From an uncultured Bacteroidaceae bacterium (GTDB lineage Bacteria > Bacteroidota > Bacteroidia > Bacteroidales > GCA-2748055): a stretch of DNA of 64,000 bases. The translations under genes were made by a program, and so were the position numbers. The stretch covers positions 5,270 to 69,269 of the forward strand of contig CAZGKF010000005.1 of NCBI GenBank assembly GCA_964526475.1, given 5' to 3'. The notes beneath the pieces were generated by a model. The model ran no database searches. It was not told the origin of the DNA and saw nothing but the letters and a program-made list of their open reading frames with translations. This document shows positions 26,349 through 33,957 of this stretch, piece by piece. The first letter of the stretch is position 1, and the number at the start of each line of letters is the position of its first letter.

Positions 26349-27929
26349 ATGGAAGAAAAGAAAAATAAGACTCCGGAAAATGATTCATCAAAGATTAACC
26401 GCCGGGATATTCTTAAGAGTATTGCAACTGTCCCTTTCCTGGGAGCTATTGCATATGGTTTATATAAGAAAAAAAGACACGAAAGTTACAAGCGTAATAT
26501 TATATTAAAGGAACTGGGAATGTCAAGTGAGGAACCCCTTGCAAAAGTATCCAGGTCTGAAGGAAAAGAGATACGAATAGGACTTATAGGTTATGGTATC
26601 CGGGGTAAGCAACTGGCCAAAGCCCTCGGATTTGCACATCCTTCCATGGTGGATGAATGGTACAAGGCAGCTCAGGATAATAAAAATGATTTACGCTATA
26701 TTGATTTTATTTCACAGGATGATCTCAATGTAAGAATCACTGCTGTTTGTGATGTTTTCGACACATATGGCAATATGGCCAGGGAAATGGCTGCAAATAT
26801 CAGGCGTGAAGGCTTAGAAGGAACATTAGGGGAAAAGCCAACCAGATATACCAGCTATAAAGATTTAATCGCTGCACCTGATGTGGATGCAGTAATTATT
26901 GCCACTCCCGATCACTGGCATGGACCCATGACTATTGAAGCTGCAAAAAATGGGAAACATGTATATTGCGAAAAGCCTTTAACATGGACTGTTGAGGAGA
27001 CCTATGAGGTTCGCAAAGTAATCAAAGAATCAGGTGTAACATTCCAACTGGGTCACCAGGGCCGTCATACTGATGCATATATCAAGGCACAGGAAGCTAT
27101 TGAAAAAGGGGTACTCGGACCGGTTAACCTGGTGGAAATAACCACAAACCGCAACCGTCTCAATGGAGCCTGGGTGTACCCCATCCATAAAGACGCCAAT
27201 CCTGATACCATAGACTGGAAACAATTCATCGGACCTGCACCCTGGCATGATTTCAGCCTGGAAAGATTTTTCCGATGGCGCTGCTGGTGGGATTACAGTA
27301 CCGGACTTTCCGGCGACCTGCTTACACATGAGTACGATGCCATCAACCAGGTTATGAGAATAGGCATCCCCTACTCTGCTGTCTCCACCGGAGGCATTTA
27401 TTTCTATAAAGACGGCCGAACGGTTCCAGATGTACTTACTACTGCTTTTGAATTTCCGGATAAAAATCTGACTTTGTTATACTCCGCCACACTTTCCAGT
27501 TCGAAGGACAGAGGAAAAGTAATTATGGGTCGCGATGCATATATGGAAATGGGGAACACACTTACTATCTATGCTGACCGGGGCTCCAACAACGTGCGGT
27601 ATGCTGACAAAATAGAGCAGGGAATTATCAAGCCTGAAATACCAATCTTCACATATATACCAGGCAAAAACGTTGACGCAGTCACCTCCCCCACCGAATT
27701 ATATTTTGCAGGAAGGGGGTTGTTATATACCTACAGGGGAGGTAAACGGGTAGATACAACACACCTGCATATCAAAGAATGGATCGATTGTATTCGTAAA
27801 GGGACACAACCCAGCTGTAATATTGATGAGGCATTTGATGAAGCCATCACTGCACATATGGGAACCCTGTCATACCACAATAAAAAACAAGTATTCTGGG
27901 ATAAGGAAAATGAGAAAATTATTGTTTAA
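26349..27929 (+). CDS. Gfo/Idh/MocA-family oxidoreductase with twin-arginine-type N-terminus
   Basis: SSKINRRDILKSIATVPFLGAIAYG, then IRIGLIGYGIRGKQL and IIATPDHWHGPMTIEAAKNGKHVYCEKPL. The ORF track starts at TTG 26337, immediately after the DoxX stop; the first ATG is 26349. Confidence 0.85.
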   Translation: MEEKKNKTPENDSSKINRRDILKSIATVPFLGAIAYGLYKKKRHESYKRNIILKELGMSSEEPLAKVSRSEGKEIRIGLIGYGIRGKQLAKALGFAHPSMVDEWYKAAQDNKNDLRYIDFISQDDLNVRITAVCDVFDTYGNMAREMAANIRREGLEGTLGEKPTRYTSYKDLIAAPDVDAVIIATPDHWHGPMTIEAAKNGKHVYCEKPLTWTVEETYEVRKVIKESGVTFQLGHQGRHTDAYIKAQEAIEKGVLGPVNLVEITTNRNRLNGAWVYPIHKDANPDTIDWKQFIGPAPWHDFSLERFFRWRCWWDYSTGLSGDLLTHEYDAINQVMRIGIPYSAVSTGGIYFYKDGRTVPDVLTTAFEFPDKNLTLLYSATLSSSKDRGKVIMGRDAYMEMGNTLTIYADRGSNNVRYADKIEQGIIKPEIPIFTYIPGKNVDAVTSPTELYFAGRGLLYTYRGGKRVDTTHLHIKEWIDCIRKGTQPSCNIDEAFDEAITAHMGTLSYHNKKQVFWDKENEKIIV

Positions 27930-27998
27930 TTATTTAAAAAGTTTGTTTTTGGATTTCCCAAATAAATAGATTATCACATAAAAATTCGGTTAGCCTCG

Positions 27999-28085
27999 GA
28001 GGCTGTCTAAAAAGACTAATTATTGAATTAATAGATTACAAATTGAAAGTGAATTCTAAAGTCATAAGGCTTTTTAGACAGCCTC
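27999..28085. repeat. Perfect 16-bp inverted repeat separated by 55 bp
   Basis: GAGGCTGTCTAAAAAG (27999-28014) and CTTTTTAGACAGCCTC (28070-28085) are exact reverse complements. The element lies between the oxidoreductase stop (27929) and the next gene. Confidence 0.85.
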
Positions 28086-28119
28086 ATGGGGGGTGGTCCT
28101 GGATGTAAAAATAGAAGAA

Positions 28120-29904
28120 ATGATAAATTTTCTGTCTTATTTATTAACATGGATTTGTCTTCTGACAAGTACTCTTTCCTCTGGTTCTCCTCTGAAAATA
28201 GGACTGGGGCAATTTCATGATATGGGCAGCTTTGAAGCAAACAGGGATAAAATCCTATCCATGATGGATAAAGCTGCCGAAAATGCATGCGATCTGGTGG
28301 TATTCCATGAATATGCCCTTGTTGATCCGGCTTTATTGGCAACAAAGGCTCAGTATGATGAGGCTATTGAGCAGATAAAAGCAAAAGCTGCTGATTTAAG
28401 TTTATTTGTTATTTGTGGGGTGAATTACAGGGAAAGCGATATACCGGTTAAACACAAAAGTCGAAACCTTATAATAAATGCATCAGGGATGCAGGAAAGC
28501 TTTTACCGCAAAAACATTGAAATACCCAAACCTTTCTATATTAATGATATCCCGTGTCATTCACTTATATGTGCCGATCGCTGGTTCCTTGAGATGGCCG
28601 ATCTCTTTTGCCTGGTAAAAGGTTCAAAGATCATAATTGATGTTTCAGGTGGACACGGAGGAGACGATGGTCGTCCTGATTTGCGCTGGATAAGATACCG
28701 TTCATGGGCCCAAAGAACCAATGCATTTGTCATAATTGTAAATCCTCCCCATAGAAATACAGCTGATTTCATGGGAAATAAGCCATGGGGAGGGCATAGT
28801 GCTGTTATTAATCCCGATGGCACTTTTTATGCTCAAACCTCTTTCCAGGATGATACCCTGGTTATTGCAAGCATTGATCCTGACCATGCTACACTTGCAA
28901 TGGCTAAAGAAAGGAGAAATAACACAGTTTTTAAGTCATTCTGGGATTTCGGGGAAAATATTCTTGAAGGGGATGTTCAGAAAATGGAACCTTTTAAGGT
29001 ATATACATCAAACCTTACTTCTGTGAAAGTTGCGGCAGTTCAAATGGTCTGTTCAAGGGCTATCTCAGAAAATGTTACATCAATCCTTCGATATATTAAG
29101 GAAGCTGCACAAAACGGAGCAGATTTAGTTGTATTTCCGGAATTGGCAGTAACTGGCCCTATTCGGGAAGATATTGAAAAAGCAACACATAAAGAACTGA
29201 ATAAAGCCTTGATCCGTATTCAGAAGCCAGCGAAAAAATATCAGATTACTGTTGTATTCGGAATGCCTTTTCTGAATGACAGCAAATCCAGAAAAAACAG
29301 CGCATGGGTAGTTGGTCCAGAAGGAAAAATTCTCACACGGTACGACCAGATAGCATTAAATGATAAAAGCCTGTTCAAACCAGGAAATATTGCGAAATCT
29401 ATGTGGTTTAAGGTTAAAGGAGTTTATTCCACACTTTCCATTGGCAAAGATGCAGATTATCCTGAAATAACGATACTGGCCGGTGCAAAAGGTACCCAGA
29501 TGCATTTTCATATTTCCTGTGAAATAAATCACAATAATGACTACGAAATCATTCGTAGACAAAAAGGCTTGAATCTGATAGCTCCTGCCAGGTTCGGAGC
29601 AATTGTAAATACCGGGAAATCTGTAAACTCAGGCACTGACAATCTATTTGCCGGAGGAAGTATGATAGGCATCCGGGTTGGAGGACATAATATACCTGAC
29701 CCGGGAGGTATTGAAACCTATCTCCCTTACACATCCAGTATCTTAACTTCTGCCGGATCAGGACAGGAAATCCTTTACGGAACTTACACAGCAACCCGGA
29801 CAAATAATACATTATCCTGGTTAAATAGTGTACGAAAAAATTCACGTCCCGAATGGTTCGAATGGATAAAGAAAGGAGTAAATATAATTAGTAACAATCT
29901 ATAA
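28120..29904 (+). CDS. Exported protein with two tandem carbon-nitrogen hydrolase (nitrilase-superfamily) domains
   Basis: Signal-like N-terminus from ATG 28120 (MINFLSYLLTWICLLTSTLSS); the track starts at GTG 28093. Domain 1 has DLVVFHEYAL / FYRKNIEI / HSLICADRWF. Domain 2 has VKVAAVQM, DLVVFPELAVTG / TRYDQIAL / TLSIGKDADYPE. Confidence 0.75.
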   Translation: MINFLSYLLTWICLLTSTLSSGSPLKIGLGQFHDMGSFEANRDKILSMMDKAAENACDLVVFHEYALVDPALLATKAQYDEAIEQIKAKAADLSLFVICGVNYRESDIPVKHKSRNLIINASGMQESFYRKNIEIPKPFYINDIPCHSLICADRWFLEMADLFCLVKGSKIIIDVSGGHGGDDGRPDLRWIRYRSWAQRTNAFVIIVNPPHRNTADFMGNKPWGGHSAVINPDGTFYAQTSFQDDTLVIASIDPDHATLAMAKERRNNTVFKSFWDFGENILEGDVQKMEPFKVYTSNLTSVKVAAVQMVCSRAISENVTSILRYIKEAAQNGADLVVFPELAVTGPIREDIEKATHKELNKALIRIQKPAKKYQITVVFGMPFLNDSKSRKNSAWVVGPEGKILTRYDQIALNDKSLFKPGNIAKSMWFKVKGVYSTLSIGKDADYPEITILAGAKGTQMHFHISCEINHNNDYEIIRRQKGLNLIAPARFGAIVNTGKSVNSGTDNLFAGGSMIGIRVGGHNIPDPGGIETYLPYTSSILTSAGSGQEILYGTYTATRTNNTLSWLNSVRKNSRPEWFEWIKKGVNIISNNL

Positions 29905-29914
29905 AAAAGAAAAA

Positions 29915-31858
29915 ATGAACTCAAGCTTCAGATCAACAGTATTTTGCATATTTTTATCCGTATCACTTTTTGTGTCTGCCAGTGAATACCATGTTTCAGT
30001 ATATGGTGACGATAAAAATAATGGAACCATCTCACAACCTTTCAGAACAATTATGGCTGCGGCTCAATTAGCATTACCGGGAGACACAATAACGGTTTAT
30101 TCCGGAACTTATCGTGAATGGGTTGCCCCTCCAGTAGGAGGATCATCCGACTCGAAAAGGATTGTTTACCGGGCAGCAGAAGGGAACCATGTTGAAATAA
30201 AAGGTTCTGAAATAATTTCAGGGTGGTCATTAATGAGTAATGGAGTCTGGAAAGTAAGAATTCCTAATTCTTTCTTTGGAAATTATAATCCTTATATTGA
30301 TGAACTTAAAGGAGACTGGCTTATTTACAGGGGACGGATCTTTCACACTGGTGAGGTTTATTTAAACGGGAAATCGCTTTTTGAAGCCGAAAACATGGAT
30401 GGTGTTGTAAACCCAACAATCTTTAAACTATCAATGAGTAAGACTGTTGAAACCGAACCATTGGATACTGATGCGGCAATGTATACATGGTATGCAGAAG
30501 TAGATGATAATCATACAACTATATATGCAAATTTTCATGCCTATGATCCAAATTCAGAATTAGTTGAAATAAATGTCCGTCCTGCATGTTTCTATCCTAA
30601 TACTCCCGGAATCAATTATATAGTAGTTAGTGGATTTACGATGCGACATGCGGCAACACAATGGGCACCCCCTACCGCTGAACAAATTGGGCTGATCGGA
30701 ACGCATTGGAGTAAAGGATGGATTATTGAAAATAATATAATAAGTGATTCAAAATGTTCGGGTATTACACTTGGAAAAGATCGGGCAAGCGGCCATAATA
30801 TCAGGCTTCAGGATCCGGATATGGAAGGGTACGTTGCACAATATACAGTTATTGAAAAAGCTATTGAACTTGGTTGGACAAAGGAAACGGTTGGTTCTCA
30901 TATTGTCCGCAATAATATTATTTATAATTGTGAACAAACAGGTATATGCGGGCATATGGGTGGTGCTTTCAGTGAGATTAGCAACAATCACATCTATAAT
31001 ATATGGGTGAAAAGATTGTTCCATGGCTATGAACAGGCTGCAATTAAACTGCACGGTGCTGTAGACGGAATTATACGCGGGAACAGGCTTCATGATTCAA
31101 GAAAAGGGCTTTGGCTGGATTGGATGACCCAGGGAACTTTGGTTTACGGGAATTTGTGTTACAGGAATTATGATGAGGACCTTTTTATCGAAGTTAGTCA
31201 CGGACCATATTTAATTGCCAACAACATACTTCTTTCAAGCTTCAGCCTCAGAGATTGGTCACATGGGGGCGTATTTGCGCACAACCTTTTTGCCGGAAAA
31301 ATATACCGTGAAGAAGTTCTTAACCGCACTACACCATGGCTCGAACCTCACGGCACTAAAATAGCCGGGAAATCGAAAATCGTAAGCGGCGATAATCAGT
31401 TTTATAATAATATCTTCTCCCGTGATAATATTCCCCCACCAAAAAACAGGCTTGGAAAAACAATGAGCTACGGAATGGATCTTTATGCATATGCAGAGTT
31501 ACCAAATGTAGCTGAGGGTAACGTGTACCTTCGTGGATCAAAACCCTATAAATATGAAAAAGTTTATATCGAATTACCTAATGATCCGGATATTTCGTTA
31601 GTGGAGAATGAAAATGAAGTTATTCTGAAAATGAATTTTGAACCTGCTGTTTTCAATGTCAAAACTAAAATAATTAAATCCGAAATGTTAGGTCGTGCTG
31701 CTATCTCAGATCAACCCTGGACAAATCCTGACGGTTCTTCTTTTACTATTGATTTCGACTATTACGGAAAACAACGAAAATCTGATAATCCATTTCCGGG
31801 GCCTTTTGAGAAAACGACCCCCGGTGAAAATATATTTATTGTCTGGAAAAAGGAATAA
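29915..31858 (+). CDS. Exported right-handed parallel beta-helix repeat protein (pectate-lyase fold; glycanase or lyase candidate)
   Basis: Signal peptide. The N-terminal YHVSVYGDDKNNGTISQPFRTIMAAAQLALPGDTITVYSGTYRE is typical of beta-helix (DUF1565-like) proteins. Repeated NN-I-x-N/G turns are present (IENNIISDS, VRNNIIYNC, ISNNHIYNI, IRGNRLHDS). It starts 10 nt after the preceding stop. Confidence 0.7.
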   Translation: MNSSFRSTVFCIFLSVSLFVSASEYHVSVYGDDKNNGTISQPFRTIMAAAQLALPGDTITVYSGTYREWVAPPVGGSSDSKRIVYRAAEGNHVEIKGSEIISGWSLMSNGVWKVRIPNSFFGNYNPYIDELKGDWLIYRGRIFHTGEVYLNGKSLFEAENMDGVVNPTIFKLSMSKTVETEPLDTDAAMYTWYAEVDDNHTTIYANFHAYDPNSELVEINVRPACFYPNTPGINYIVVSGFTMRHAATQWAPPTAEQIGLIGTHWSKGWIIENNIISDSKCSGITLGKDRASGHNIRLQDPDMEGYVAQYTVIEKAIELGWTKETVGSHIVRNNIIYNCEQTGICGHMGGAFSEISNNHIYNIWVKRLFHGYEQAAIKLHGAVDGIIRGNRLHDSRKGLWLDWMTQGTLVYGNLCYRNYDEDLFIEVSHGPYLIANNILLSSFSLRDWSHGGVFAHNLFAGKIYREEVLNRTTPWLEPHGTKIAGKSKIVSGDNQFYNNIFSRDNIPPPKNRLGKTMSYGMDLYAYAELPNVAEGNVYLRGSKPYKYEKVYIELPNDPDISLVENENEVILKMNFEPAVFNVKTKIIKSEMLGRAAISDQPWTNPDGSSFTIDFDYYGKQRKSDNPFPGPFEKTTPGENIFIVWKKE

Positions 31859-32128
31859 GATATTATCCATTTAAACTATAACGGGCAGAGAGCTCAGGAA
31901 GATGGTGTCCGGTGCATAATTCATTTTATTTCACAAGTTGAGCAGGTCCGAAACTTTTAGTACTGATCATCAGAAATTATTTTATAATTTCGTAATATCA
32001 CATTTCCACAAAAATTAACAGCTTGTAAGATTGAAAATGTAACTAATTTATCTTTATTACAGCTTCATATATTCAAACAATAATAAAAAAATCAGATTGC
32101 ATGACCTATTCCAGGCTTGTACTGAATT

Positions 32129-32437
32129 TTGGAAAATGACCCGGAGAAAGCAAAAGCAGTTGCCTTAGCAGGTATAAAGGACAATTTTGATCATATTAAA
32201 TTTAAGATGTACGGTGACAAAGAATTAGATATGAGATTGTTAAACACGGTCAGGCAGGTGGTGGGCGAAAAAGCTATGGTCATTTCAGACCCAAAACAAT
32301 ATCTTGAATGTTTGTTAAGCTCTCCAACATATCGGGACAATAATGACCACTTTAGCTTAACACCCAAACCTGGATTCGGCATAGAAATAGATACCAGTAG
32401 GTTGAAAAATATGTGCCACTCATATTTCCTCCTATAA
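32129..32437 (+). pseudogene. Internally deleted fragment of an enolase-superfamily (mandelate racemase/muconate lactonizing enzyme-like) gene
   Basis: ENDPEKAKAVALAGIKDNFDHIKFKMYGDKELDMRLLNTVRQVVGEKAMVISDP resembles the start of the barrel domain. It is joined directly to a C-terminal-like tail ...LTPKPGFGIEIDTSRLKNM. An in-frame TGA lies immediately upstream and there is no N-terminal capping domain. Confidence 0.5.
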
Positions 32438-32472
32438 AATAATTATTTAGTAATAACTTATAACTTAATAAC

Positions 32473-33000
32473 ATGATCAAAAATCTAATGAAGGTTCAAA
32501 CTATGTTAATATTGATTTCTTTTTTTTATGTGCAGGCAATTGCCCGGAAACCAGATTGTGAGACATATAAAATATATGCCACAAAGGAATTCAGCCCGGT
32601 GGAAAAACCAGGATATGTGCCTTATTATTTTGACAAAGGCAGAAATGCCCTGGCGGTGGATTCGGAGAAATATGGAAACAGCTTCGCCCTTGCCAGTTAC
32701 AAATTTAGTGGACCTAAAGGGAAATATAATATAAAAATTAATACTGTTGTTGAGGATGACGGTGAGCCCACGTACAAACTAATTGTGAATGGTAAATTTA
32801 TTACTGGGGTGCAAAATGATCCATCAGATGAAAATTTCGTTACAAATTATTTAGATTTTGGCACTGTCAGGCTTAAACCCGGAACTGATATTGGGATATC
32901 ATTTAATGCCCATACCAATGGAAAAATTCCCGAAGGGGAATCTACCGCATATGCCAGAGGAAGATGGACTGACATAGTAATAACTCGTAAGTGTAAATAA
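32473..33000 (+). CDS. Small secreted protein, stand-alone beta-sandwich (CBM-like) candidate
   Basis: Signal peptide (MLILISFFYVQAIA). The motif KGKYNIKINTVVEDDGEPTYKLIVNGKF resembles the middle domain of the 860-aa paralogs (DYDVEFRIHSESGSEAEFCLYVNGE). Confidence 0.6.
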   Translation: MIKNLMKVQTMLILISFFYVQAIARKPDCETYKIYATKEFSPVEKPGYVPYYFDKGRNALAVDSEKYGNSFALASYKFSGPKGKYNIKINTVVEDDGEPTYKLIVNGKFITGVQNDPSDENFVTNYLDFGTVRLKPGTDIGISFNAHTNGKIPEGESTAYARGRWTDIVITRKCK

Positions 33001-33057
33001 AGAGTATGCAAACCAAACAATATAGACAAGAAGTAAATATTTTCAGAAATGAAAAAG

Positions 33058-33516
33058 CTAGTCCCTCCGGAACATCTGCATATAATGCTCTGAATCGGTA
33101 AGAATTCCACCATTCTTAGCATAAAAATCATCGTCCAGGTTAAAAACTCCTTCTTTTGCCTTTCGCCATTCTGCATTCGCATATGGATGATAGGTTTCCA
33201 TTATCTTCCAGTTTCTGTAATTCTGATGTCCGTTTGTTTCCATTAACCCGGTTCCAAGACCTGGAAAAGGATCGAGGCGACATGCAACCATCTTGTTCCA
33301 GTCAACCAGAATAGGATTGACACAGAGGTCTGCACAGAAGCACGGAACATCCAGTTCCTTTGCTGCTAAGGCAATTTTCATGGTCATACTAAGTGTTTTG
33401 GCAATAGCTTTTAAAGCTATGGCTTTATATCCCATTTCTATACGAACCCGTGCATCATGATCGGTATGTGCACTCTCATCTGCAGCAAGCCTGAGAGGAA
33501 TATCGCTTCCATCAGT
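33058..33516 (-). pseudogene. C-terminal fragment of a second enolase-superfamily gene
   Basis: The frame of ORF 33058..33435 stays open upstream to a TAA and reads TDGSDIPLRLAADESAHTDHDARVRIEMGYKAIALKAIAKTLSMTMKIALAAKELDVPCFCADL... This is an 'aaDEs ... iK..k.GG-like ... A...gi' barrel pattern. No N-terminal half is present. Confidence 0.5.
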
Positions 33517-33779
33517 TTATCCCAGGTCTGGAATTGACCAGGCTTTGAAGGTATTATCCGATAACCTGTTTCCCTTACATAATCAGCATAAAGTGTACCT
33601 TTAGTTCCCCGAAGCTCTATATCCCCAAACGGGAACAAATTTTCACTACTGGCTTCATAGATACTGAAAGAAATAATTGCCTTCGAGGCAAACTCAAATG
33701 TAACCTGCATTGTATCAGGAATGTCACCGTCATGATCAAGTGCAAACTTTCCTTCGTGAGCAGTAATTCCTTGATATTA
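33500..33779 (-). pseudogene. Fragment of a Gfo/Idh/MocA oxidoreductase C-terminal domain
   Basis: GITAHEGKFALDHDGDIPDTMQVTFEFASKAIISFSIYEASSENLFPFGDIELRGTKGTLYAD is typical of the alpha/beta C-terminal domain. It is bounded by a stop upstream, has no Rossmann domain, and abuts the enolase-type fragment in another frame. Confidence 0.45.
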
Positions 33780-33957
33780 ATCACTTTGTCAATCTTTGTT
33801 TTTTTGTGTCTCAGTGGCCAAATCATAATTTCATACTTTTCGAAGTGGGCTCAAACTTTTTTGTTTAGGCTCATCATAAATAATCTAAGTTGCTACTTGT
33901 GTTAAATAATTTTATCTTGCATTCTGATATTAATCGTGAATAATTAATCATACTGAT

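Noticed and set aside
28028-28345. 105-aa minus-strand ORF overlapping the start of the CN-hydrolase gene
   Set aside because: It overlaps the inverted-repeat element and the 5' end of a well-supported 595-aa gene, and has no motifs.
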